The notes under the pieces are model-generated. The model made no database searches. It saw only the letters and a program-made list of their open reading frames with translations, and was not told the origin of the DNA. Of a DNA stretch of 64,000 nt, positions 40,175-48,962 are shown one piece after another; positions within the stretch are counted from its first letter, which is position 1; every line of letters starts with the position of its first letter. The DNA is taken from contig CAVUPP010000013.1 in NCBI GenBank assembly GCA_963743245.1, forward strand, positions 406,943-470,942, given 5' to 3'. The position numbers were made by a program, and so were the translations under genes. The DNA comes from Vicinamibacteria bacterium (GTDB taxonomy: Bacteria; Acidobacteriota; Vicinamibacteria; Vicinamibacterales; JAENWD01).

Positions 40175-41314
40175 ATGAGTGCTGCCGCGCCGATCCGGGC
40201 GCTGTCGATTCACGCAAACTATGGTTGCCGTGATTCAGGAGCGTGCTGCACGGCTGGCTGGCGCATCCCTGTCGAACCAGCGACCGAGCACGCCGTTACT
40301 TCGCTCATTGCCGCCGGGGCTCTGACACGCGAGAACGATGATCCCTTCGAGCGTCAGGAGGGCCTCACGGTCACGGCACTGGCCGCCGATGGCGCGTGCG
40401 TCTTCTTCGAGCGCGGCTCGAGCATGACGCCGCATCGGTGCGCCATTCATCGTGTCGCAGGCCACGACGCGAAGCCTCTGGCCTGCCGGCAGTTTCCGCG
40501 CGTATCACTTCAGGACGCACGAGGCATTTCAGTTTCGTTGTCTCATTTCTGTCCTACAGCAGCCGAGCTCCTCTTCGGACCGGGCGTGCCACTGGAGATC
40601 GTCGAGGCGCCGCCCGCGTTTCCTTCCACCGGAGACTACGATGGTCTGAACGCCATGGACGCGCTGCCGCCGCTCGTCGCGCCGGGCATGTTGATGGATC
40701 TCGAAGCCTATGACGCGTGGGAGCGCCACATGGTCGCGGTCCTGTCACGATCGTCATCTGCGGCTGCAGCGCTTGACCGGCTTGCATCGGATGTGGAGCT
40801 CCTTCGTGCCTGGAGACCGTCTCACGGGCCGTTGGTCGACGTCATGGCGCGGCTCGCGGCGGACACGCAAAAGGCTCACGGCGCAGGGCACAGAGCTCAC
40901 GGCGGGCCGCTTGCGGAGGCTCGTGCTGTGTATGCACGCGTGAGCCGAGCGACCGCCGCACTCGCGACTCCAGTCGATCTTCGGCCTGTCGATGGCGCCC
41001 GTGTTTCGCCGGAGGCGCCCGTCCCTGACGTCACGGGTTGGGACGAGTGGGAAGCGGTGTTGTGCCGATACCTGGCCGCGCGCGCGTTCGCGAACTGGAT
41101 GGCGTATCAGGGCCGCGGTCTGCGCACGGTTATCGCGTCCCTCCACGTGGCGCTGGATCTCGTGCGAAGCGAAGCGGCATCTCTGATGGCCGACAGCGAC
41201 CGCCCGTTGGATCGGTCGATCGTCAAGAAAGCCATCCGTCAAGCCGACCTGCGCCTCTTGCACCACGCCGACAGCCAGCGGCTGGCGGATCTCCTTGGAG
41301 GGGTGGAAGAGTGA
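40175..41314 (+). CDS. YkgJ/FliB-like cysteine cluster protein (start uncertain)
   Basis: CRDSGACC..GWRI, ACVFF, RCAIH...KPLACRQFPR, SHFCP. Confidence 0.7.
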   Translation: MSAAAPIRALSIHANYGCRDSGACCTAGWRIPVEPATEHAVTSLIAAGALTRENDDPFERQEGLTVTALAADGACVFFERGSSMTPHRCAIHRVAGHDAKPLACRQFPRVSLQDARGISVSLSHFCPTAAELLFGPGVPLEIVEAPPAFPSTGDYDGLNAMDALPPLVAPGMLMDLEAYDAWERHMVAVLSRSSSAAAALDRLASDVELLRAWRPSHGPLVDVMARLAADTQKAHGAGHRAHGGPLAEARAVYARVSRATAALATPVDLRPVDGARVSPEAPVPDVTGWDEWEAVLCRYLAARAFANWMAYQGRGLRTVIASLHVALDLVRSEAASLMADSDRPLDRSIVKKAIRQADLRLLHHADSQRLADLLGGVEE

Positions 41315-41321
41315 CAGGCTG

Positions 41322-41356
41322 GGGCTTTGGGCCTTAGGCTTTCGGCTTTGGGCTTA
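41322..41356. repeat. Degenerate GGGCTTT heptamer array (5 units)
   Basis: GGGCTTT GGGCCTT AGGCTTT CGGCTTT GGGCTTA; same family as 36140. Confidence 0.8.
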
Positions 41357-41369
41357 GAGCAGCGCACCG

Positions 41370-41473
41370 CGCACCTTCCGTCCGCACCTATCTGCCGCAC
41401 CACTTGACCGCACCCTCCGTCTGCACCTTCCGTCCGCACCATTCGACCGCACCCTCCGTCCGCACCTTCCGGC
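41370..41473. repeat. 13-bp tandem repeat x8 (consensus CGCACCYTCCGTC)
   Basis: cgcaccttccgtc/cgcacctatctgc/cgcaccacttgac/cgcaccctccgtc/tgcaccttccgtc/cgcaccattcgac/cgcaccctccgtc/cgcaccttccggc. Confidence 0.9.
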
Positions 41474-41497
41474 CAGACCTCGATCTATGATCACTTC

Positions 41498-41965
41498 ATG
41501 GCGTCGATACCCACCGACTCGACAGGCCTGATCGTGACCTGCCCGTCATGCAGCACCAAGAATCGCCTTCACTTCGATCGACTCGGCCACGAGCACCGGT
41601 GCGCGCAGTGCAAGACGGCCATTCCAGCACCGACCTCGACGGTTGAAGTCGCATCGGCCGCAGTCTTCGACGCGCTGGTTGCCTCCACGGCATTGCCGGT
41701 CGTCGTGGACTACTGGGCGCCGTGGTGTGGCCCCTGCCGAGCGATCGCGCCCGAGCTGGAAAAGGTTGCCGAACGAAATGCCGGGCGGCTGCTCGTGGTG
41801 AAGGTGAACACCGATCAGGTGCCCGAGCTCGGTGACCGCTATAGCATCCGCTCGATCCCGACCATGGCCGTCTTTGCACGCGGGCGGGAGATCGTACGGG
41901 CGGCGGGTGCCCGTCCGGCGTCCGCGATCGAGCGTCTCGTCAACGATGCCCTCCAGGCGGCATGA
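41498..41965 (+). CDS. trxC: Thioredoxin 2 (zinc-finger thioredoxin)
   Basis: CPSC..KNR, CAQCK zinc finger, WAPWCGPC. Confidence 0.9.
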   Translation: MASIPTDSTGLIVTCPSCSTKNRLHFDRLGHEHRCAQCKTAIPAPTSTVEVASAAVFDALVASTALPVVVDYWAPWCGPCRAIAPELEKVAERNAGRLLVVKVNTDQVPELGDRYSIRSIPTMAVFARGREIVRAAGARPASAIERLVNDALQAA

Positions 41966-41978
41966 CTCGCGCTCTCCT

Positions 41979-43866
41979 GTGGTCCTGAACAGTCGTGACC
42001 TGCGTGAGCAGGCACACACTCTCTTCCGCGTCCTGGCGACCGCTCTGACGCTCTCGCTCTGCTCGACTGTCGTGTGGGCGAACCCGCTGGATCCGCACTC
42101 GTTCGCGCGGCCGGACGAGGCGCGAGTCACCGACGTGGCGCTGGATCTGACGGCAGACTTCTCGACGCACACACTGCGCGGCACGGCGACGCTCACGCTC
42201 GTCATCGCGCCTGGTGCGCACGAAGTCGTGTTCGACACGAAAGGGTTGTCAATCGCGACCGTGAACGATCAAGGCCGGCGAGCCGCTGACCTTCCTCCTC
42301 GGTCCAGTGGATCCGCTGCTCGGGCAAGCGCTCATCGTGTCGCTCCGGCCGGCGTCAACCGCGGTCACGATCCACTACACGACGAGTCCCGACGCCGGTG
42401 CCCTGCAATGGCTCTCGCCCGCGCAGACGGCGGGCCACGTCCACCCCTATCTGTTCTCGCAAGGCGAGTCGATCTACACGCGGACGTGGGTGCCGACGCA
42501 GGACAGTCCTGGAATCCGACAGACCTACCGCGCCCGGATTGTCGTGCCGGCGCCGCTGACGGCGGTGATGAGCGCCGAGATGCTCACGCCGTCTGGCGTG
42601 CCCACGGGCGATGGCCGGGCATTCGAGTTCAAGCTGGATCGGCCGATCCCGCCGTATCTCATCGCACTGGCCGTGGGCGACATCGCGTTCCGTCCGCTCG
42701 GCTCTCGCACGGGCGTCTACGCGGAGCCAAGCGTGGTCGAGCGCGCCGCCTACGAGTTCGCGGATCTCGAGAAGATGCTGGACGCCGCGGAGCGCCTCGC
42801 CGGTCCCTACAGGTGGGGACGTTACGACATCATCGTGTTGCCGCCGTCCTTCCCCTACGGAGGCATGGAGAATCCGCGCTTGACGTTCGCGACACCCACC
42901 GTGCTCGCCGGGGATCGATCGCTGACGTCGTTGGCTGCCCACGAGCTCGCACACTCCTGGTCCGGCAACCTGGTCACCAATGCAACGTGGAACGACTTCT
43001 GGTTGAACGAAGGATTCACGACGTACGTCGAGAATCGGATCATGGAGTCGCTGTACGGTCCCGAGAGAGCGGCCATGCTGCAGCAAATAGACCGGACGGA
43101 ATTGACTGACGCGCTCAAGGAGCTCCCGCCCCCGGATACGTCGCTCGTCATCGACTTGCGCGGCCGCGATCCAGATGACGGTTCATCGTCGGTGCCCTAC
43201 AGCAAGGGCGCCGCGTTCCTGAGGATGCTGGAGCGCGCGTTCGGCAGGCCGGCGTTCGACCCCTGGCTGCGCGCCTATCTCGACCACTTCGCGTTTCAGT
43301 CGATCACGACCGCTCAGTTTCTCGACTACCTGCGCACGACGCTGCTCTCGAAGGACCCTCAAAGCGAGGATCGTCTTCACATCCACGCGTGGCTCTACGG
43401 GCCCGGGCTGCCGGAGAACGCTCCGGTGGTGCAGTCGGCTGCGCTCGCGCGCGCGAAGGCGGACGCCGAGGGATTCGCGGACGGCACGGCGGCGTCTGCA
43501 CTCAACGCCTCGGGCTGGACGACGCAGGAGTGGCAGGAATTCCTGGCGAATCTGCCACGGCCGCTTCCACAGGATCGGATGGCGGATCTGGATCGAACCT
43601 ACGCACTCTCCACCCGCGGCAACAGCGAAGTGCTGTTTCAGTGGCTGCGGGTTGCGGTTGCATCGCACTACGAGCCCGCGTTCCCCGCGCTCGAGACGTT
43701 TCTGACCTCACAGGGCCGGATGAAGTTCGTCGTGCCTCTCTACCGCGCGCTTGGCGAATCTGGGTGGGGACGGCCGATGGCCGAACGGATTTTCCGAGTG
43801 GCGCGCCCCGGCTACCATCCGGTTGCGGTCACCGCGGTTGAGAAGGCGCTCGGCGTGAAGCACTAA
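41979..43866 (+). CDS. M1 aminopeptidase, leukotriene A4 hydrolase-like (frameshift near 42280; start uncertain)
   Basis: DPHSFARP, PYLFSQ, FPYGGMENP, AHELAHSWSGN, WLNEGFT, PYSKG, GRMKF. Confidence 0.92.
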
Positions 43867-43869
43867 ATT

Positions 43870-43914
43870 CGGTCTTCAGTCTACAGTCTTCGGTCCGCGG
43901 TAGACCGTAGACCG
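43870..43914. repeat. Heptamer array in inverted arrangement (C(A/G)GTCT(A/T) then TAGACCG) between convergent genes
   Basis: CGGTCTT CAGTCTA CAGTCTT ... TAGACCG TAGACCG. Confidence 0.75.
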
Positions 43915-45534
43915 TTAGAGCTCGACGTGCGGCAGAAATCGCGGCACCGCGCGGTGTTTCGTGGCCTGCTCGTACGCATACGCCAGCCCGATGAGCGTCA
44001 TCTCACTGAAATTCTTTCCGAAGAACGAAATGCCAACGGGCAGTCCGAACGAAAAGCCGGCCGGCACGGTGATGTGTGGATATCCGGCGACGGCCGGCAA
44101 CGTCGACGATCCACCGGGCCCGTAGTCACCGTTCACGAGATCGCTCAGTGAGGCCGGGCCGCCCGTGGGAGCGACGAGCGCATCGAGCTTGTGCGCAGCC
44201 ATCACCTTGTCGATGCCCAACTCGCGCGCCGCCTTCTTGCTGCCGGCCAGCGCTTTCACATACTCCGCGGTCGTCAGCGGGCCCTTGGCCTCGGCCTGGT
44301 GAAAGATCTCCTGGCCGAAGTACGGCAGCACACGATCCTTGTGCGCGTCGTTGAACGCAATCGCTTCCTTGAGCGACTTGATGGGGGCCTTCGGCCCGAG
44401 ACCCTGCAGATAGCTGTTCAGATCCGCCTTGAACTCGTAGAGCAGCACCTGGTACTCGTCCTTGTTCAGCGAATCTGGCGCCGACAGATTCACGGGATCG
44501 ATCACCTCGGCACCCAGCGACTTCAGGACGGCGATCGCCTGATCCACCAACGCGTCGGCCAGGGGACTGCTGCCGAACAGCCCCTTCCGCGGGACGCCGA
44601 TGCGAAGTCCCTTGGCCGCATCCGGTTTGAGTGCGTCCGTGTAGTTACGAGGCATCCGGGTGCTGGCCGCTTTCGTGATCGCATCCGCAGGATCGAACCC
44701 AACCATCGCCGTCAGGAGCGCGGCAGCGTCGGCTACGGTGCGGGCCATCGGACCCGCGGTGTCCTGACTGTGCGCGATCGGGATGACTCCCGTCCGGCTG
44801 ACGAGTCCCAGGCTCGGCTTGATCCCGACGAGTCCGCAATTGTTGGACGGCGACACGATGGAACCATCGGTCTCGGACCCGATGGCGACGGGCGCATAGT
44901 TGGCCGCAACGGCCGCGCCCGATCCCGAGCTGGATCCCGAGGCATTGCGATCCAGCACGTAGGGATTCCGTGTCAATCCGCCGCGGCTGCTCCAGCCGCT
45001 GGTCGCATGCGTCGATCGGAAGTTGGCCCATTCACTGAGGTTCGTCTTACCCAGCAGAATGGCGCCTGCTTCGCGAAGCCGCGTGGCGATGAATGAGTCG
45101 CGCGACGGGATCGATCCTTCGAGAGCCAGCGAACCTGCCGTCGTCGTCATCCGATCCGCGGTGCCGATGTTGTCTTTCAGGAGTACCGGAATCCCATGGA
45201 GCGGTCCGCGCACTTTGCCGGCCTTGCGTTCGGCGTCGAGGCGATCCGCTACCTGCGCGGCCTCGGGATTGGTCTCGATCACCGCGTGGAGCGACGGCCC
45301 CTGCTTGTCGAGCGCCGCAATGCGCGCCAGATATTTGTCGGTGAGCGAGCGTGCGCTCTCCTGTCCGGCCGTCATCCGGTTCTGAAGCTCGGCGATCGTC
45401 ACTTCATCGAGCTCGAACGCCGGCACATCGGGTACGCGCGCGTCTCGAGCCGCGGCTGTTCGCGCTCGCGCCTCGCTCGTACCAGGCACCGCAAACGCAG
45501 CCGCGCTAGTCAGCAAAAACGATCGTCGATCCAT
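43915..45534 (-). CDS. Tat-exported amidase (amidase signature family)
   Basis: MDRRSFL Tat motif, GPLHGIPVLLKDNI, GKTNLSEWAN, SGSSSGS, GSETDGSI. Confidence 0.93.
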   Translation of the reverse strand: MDRRSFLLTSAAAFAVPGTSEARARTAAARDARVPDVPAFELDEVTIAELQNRMTAGQESARSLTDKYLARIAALDKQGPSLHAVIETNPEAAQVADRLDAERKAGKVRGPLHGIPVLLKDNIGTADRMTTTAGSLALEGSIPSRDSFIATRLREAGAILLGKTNLSEWANFRSTHATSGWSSRGGLTRNPYVLDRNASGSSSGSGAAVAANYAPVAIGSETDGSIVSPSNNCGLVGIKPSLGLVSRTGVIPIAHSQDTAGPMARTVADAAALLTAMVGFDPADAITKAASTRMPRNYTDALKPDAAKGLRIGVPRKGLFGSSPLADALVDQAIAVLKSLGAEVIDPVNLSAPDSLNKDEYQVLLYEFKADLNSYLQGLGPKAPIKSLKEAIAFNDAHKDRVLPYFGQEIFHQAEAKGPLTTAEYVKALAGSKKAARELGIDKVMAAHKLDALVAPTGGPASLSDLVNGDYGPGGSSTLPAVAGYPHITVPAGFSFGLPVGISFFGKNFSEMTLIGLAYAYEQATKHRAVPRFLPHVEL

Positions 45535-45558
45535 TGCGAGGTCTCCTGTTCACCCTCT

Positions 45559-45594
45559 CGAATGCGAACACGAATACGAACACGATCTAGATCT
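45559..45594. repeat. Short hexamer array (CGAAYR-like) upstream of the amidase
   Basis: CGAATG CGAACA CGAATA CGAACA CGATCT AGATCT; a similar run at about 22802-22840 encodes VFVFVF in the M61 signal peptide. Confidence 0.55.
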
Positions 45595-45604
45595 GAACCA
45601 GTAG

Positions 45605-46154
45605 TTATCGAACGTATGGAATGTATGCCGCAGCATGTCGGCGGTACGCGTCGAATTGATCCCCGAAGCGGCTCGCGAGGAGCCCGTCCTCGACTCGCAC
45701 ACGGATCTCGATCCCGACCAGAAAGAGCAGGATGGCCGGCAGGAACAGGAACCACGGAGCCAGCAGGGTTCCCGTTCCGAGCAGGATGCACAGCATCGAT
45801 GCGTAGATCGGATGCCTGATCAGGCGATAGGCACCCGTCGTCACCAGCTGGTGATCCTCGTTGAGACCGGCGTCGATGCGCCACTGGCGCCCGAGTGTGC
45901 GCGTACTGGTCCATGTGAGCAGCGCGGCGAGCGCCAACAGAACGCCGCCCACATATCACCTGCCAGATGGCCGGGTGACGCTGCCAGAACTGGCCTTGCC
46001 AGACGAGCGAGAACGCGATGACCTGGACGGCGATACCCCACCGGGCACGCCGATCGATCGTCGAGGGAGTCTGCCCGCCACGGCGAATGAGAAAGAACGG
46101 GATCATCCAGAGGAGCCATCCCGCCATCAGCAGCCCATAGACGTAGCTCGGCAT
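45605..46154 (-). CDS. Isoprenylcysteine carboxyl methyltransferase/PEMT-like membrane protein (frameshift near 45955)
   Basis: LGRQW, HQLVTTGAYRLIRHPIY, VEDGLL..RFG..F..YRR. Confidence 0.85.
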
Positions 46155-46200
46155 CGGAGCAGATTATACAGAGGGCTCGAGGGCGCGGGGGGCGAGAGAA

Positions 46201-47239
46201 ATGCAACTCGTACGGACGGCAGTCATTGGCTACGGACTCGGCGGCCGCACGTTTCACGTGCCGCTGATTTCCGCTGTCCCTGGGCTCGACCTCGCCGTCG
46301 TCGTCACATCGCAGGCGGACCGCGTACGTGCCGAGTGGCCGGGCGTCGAGGTGCGACGCGACGTCGAATCGGTCTTGACGGACCCGACCATCGATCTGGT
46401 GGTGGTCTCAACCCCGAACGAGTCGCATTTCGATCTCGCGACACGCGCCTTTGTAGCTGGCAAGCACGTCGTCGTGGACAAGCCGTTTACGGTGACCGTT
46501 GCGGAGGCTGAAGGAATTGTGGCCGCGGCCGCAGCCGCGGGACGCGTGTTGTCGGTGTTTCACAACCGCCGCTGGGATGCCGACTTCCTGACTCTCCAGC
46601 GTCTATTGACCGAGGGTGTGCTCGGCGAGGTCAGCTTCATCGAGTCGCACTACGACCGCTTTCGGCCCATCGTGCGCGATCGCTGGCGGGAACATGACAT
46701 TCCTGGCGCGGGGACATGGTACGACCTTGGGGCGCACCTCGCCGATCAAGTGCTGGTGCTCTGGGGACCTCCGGAGTCCATAACCGCTGATCTGGCGGCA
46801 CAGCGGCCAGGGTCCACGACGACTGACTACTTTCACGTCATCCTCGGGTATAGCGGGCGGCGCAGGGCGATCCTTCACGGAGGATCCATCGCGGCCGCCT
46901 CGACGCTTCGATTTGTGGTACACGGCCAGCATGGCAGTTACGTCAAGCATGGACTGGATACACAGGAAGCGTCGCTCAAGGCCGCCGATGGTCCCGGTTC
47001 GCCGCGCTACGGGACCGATCCAATCGAGGGGGAACTCACGGCCGCCGATGGCGAAGTCCGTCGCGTTCCGAACGAACGCGGCAACTACGCGGCGTACTAT
47101 CAGGAGTTGCTTCGGGCCATTCGTGATGGCACACCGGCCGCCCGTATCGGGTGATGAAGGCCTCGCGGTCATGCGCATCATCGAGGCCGCCGGTCGAAGC
47201 GCGGAATCGCGACGCACGGTTGATTTCGACGCGCCGTAG
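46201..47239 (+). CDS. Gfo/Idh/MocA oxidoreductase (YdgJ/IolW-like; frameshift near 47140)
   Basis: IGYGLGG..FH, TPNESH, HVVVDKPF, FHNRRWDADF, DLGAHL; C-terminal PPVSGDEGLAVMRIIEA in another frame. Confidence 0.9.
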
Positions 47240-47929
47240 TCAGCCTGTCCTGGATTGCAGGAGGCTCCAGGCCATTCTGAGATCCTGAACAATCAGCTCG
47301 AACAGGGGTTCACCGCCACCATGGGCTTCGGCGCGGAGCACAGCCGACGGATGGAACGTTGCGATCACGAGCGTTGACCCGCGCGTGGAGAGCGGACGTC
47401 CTCGCATTTCGCCCAGTTTGAAACCCGCGCCGAGCAAGGCCTGGCCCGCTGTCGCGCCAAGCGTCACGATCACCCGTGGCGCAATGGCGTCCAGTTCCGC
47501 CTCGAGCCAGGGTCGGCATGCCTTGATCTCGCTCCATCGCGGCTTCTGGTGCAGGCGGCGTTTTCCACGCGGTTCGAACTTGAAGTGCTTCACTGCGTTC
47601 GTGAGATAGAGGCGATCCCGCGTCAATCCTGCCGCCGCCAGCGCGCGCTCGAGAACGCCGCCGGCCGGTCCGACAAACGGCCGGCCCTGGCGATCCTCCT
47701 GATCGCCGGGTTGCTCCCCGATGAGCACCATTGACGCCGTTTCCTTCCCTTCGCCAAACACTACCTGTGTCGCGTCGCGATAGAGGGGGCATCCCTCGCA
47801 TCCCTTTGCCGCGCCAGCAAGCACATCCAGCCGGTGCCGCTCCGGCACGAAGGGTTCGGCAGACCAGTCGGGGGTCTTTCGTTTCGCTGCCGCTCGAGGC
47901 GTCGCGGAGGTCCCGGATCGGCGATCCAT
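47240..47929 (-). CDS. udgX: UdgX family uracil-DNA binding protein
   Basis: CEGC Fe-S ligands, GEQPGDQED, TNAVKHFKF, R-loop GKRRLHQKP, ACRPWL, HPSAVLR. Confidence 0.9.
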   Translation of the reverse strand: MDRRSGTSATPRAAAKRKTPDWSAEPFVPERHRLDVLAGAAKGCEGCPLYRDATQVVFGEGKETASMVLIGEQPGDQEDRQGRPFVGPAGGVLERALAAAGLTRDRLYLTNAVKHFKFEPRGKRRLHQKPRWSEIKACRPWLEAELDAIAPRVIVTLGATAGQALLGAGFKLGEMRGRPLSTRGSTLVIATFHPSAVLRAEAHGGGEPLFELIVQDLRMAWSLLQSRTG

Positions 47930-48098
47930 GACCGACCGTCATTCACGTTGCACGCCACAAACCGCGCGAAGCGGTGCTTCAGGCCTGCGGGCCGGACTAA
48001 TATGCCGGTCATCTACGCCATTTTCGAGGGCCTGCAAGATTTTCAGGCCCGTTCGTTCTCCTGATACGAAGGGCAAGTCTGCTGTTTCGGAGGGCGAC

Positions 48099-48962
48099 GT
48101 GAAGCCATTCGACCCGCGGTTCTACCAGATCACCGTCCTGACGGCGCTCCTCGCCATCGGACTGACCCAGCTGCAGTTCGAGGTCAGGCTGCCGCAAGTG
48201 ATCGTCACATTCGCGGCGGCGCTGGCGACGCAGGCCGTCGCCGCCCGGCTCGCCGGCCTCCCCAGTCCGGGGCTGTCGAGTGCGCTCATCTCGAGCTTGT
48301 CGCTCTGCCTGCTGCTGCGGACGGCGGCCCTTCCGTGGGCCGTTCTCGCCGCGGTCATCGCCATCGGATCGAAGTTCGTGCTTCGCGTCCGTGGAAAACA
48401 CGTCTTCAACCCAACCAATCTCGCCATCGTCGTGCTGCTGGCCACCACGACGCAGGTCTGGGTGTCGCCGGGTCAGTGGGGCAGCCCGACGTTTTTCACA
48501 TTCTTCGTCGCCTGTCTCGGCACGGTCGTTGTGACGCGCGCGGCGCGGGCAGACGTCACTTTTGCGTACCTGGCCTGCCACGCCGGGCTCCTGATCGCGA
48601 GGGCGTTGTGGCTGGGCGATCCACTGACAATCCCGTTCCACCGGTTGGAGAACGGCGCGCTGCTCCTCTTCGCGTTCTTCATGATCTCGGATCCCAAGAC
48701 GACGCCTGATTCGAGAGCGGGCCGCGTGATCTTCGCGTGCCTCGTCGCGCTGGGCGCCTACTACGTGCAGAACATGCTGTTCCGGACCAACGGTCCGCTC
48801 TGGGCGCTGGCGGTCTTCTCGCCGCTCGTGCCGTTCATCGATCGTGTGTTGCCTGGCCCGCGCTACACCTGGTCCCAGCGCCGGCCGCTTCCGGAGGTCT
48901 CTACTCATGAAACGCTGGATCTCGCTGCTGCTGGTGCTCGTCGCGGCGCTCTCGTTCACTGA
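48099..48962 (+). CDS. Orphan RnfD/NqrB-like integral membrane protein
   Basis: GGAGG RBS then GTG; DPRFYQI, KHVFNPTN, WVSPGQWG, FFMISDPKTTP; about 9-10 TM segments. Confidence 0.8.
   Translation: MKPFDPRFYQITVLTALLAIGLTQLQFEVRLPQVIVTFAAALATQAVAARLAGLPSPGLSSALISSLSLCLLLRTAALPWAVLAAVIAIGSKFVLRVRGKHVFNPTNLAIVVLLATTTQVWVSPGQWGSPTFFTFFVACLGTVVVTRAARADVTFAYLACHAGLLIARALWLGDPLTIPFHRLENGALLLFAFFMISDPKTTPDSRAGRVIFACLVALGAYYVQNMLFRTNGPLWALAVFSPLVPFIDRVLPGPRYTWSQRRPLPEVSTHETLDLAAAGARRGALVH

Noticed and set aside
41370-41473. Possible CRISPR or mini-CRISPR array
   Set aside because: The period is only 13 bp with a 5-6-bp constant part, the variable parts recur, and no cas genes are present; it is a tandem repeat
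47935-47965. Sigma54-like site upstream of udgX (TGGCGTG-N4-GTGAA on the minus strand)
   Set aside because: The -12 element deviates from TTGC; too weak to call
48099-48962. Part of a canonical Rnf or Na+-NQR complex
   Set aside because: No other subunits or apbE in the window and no covalent-FMN motif; kept instead as an orphan-module finding
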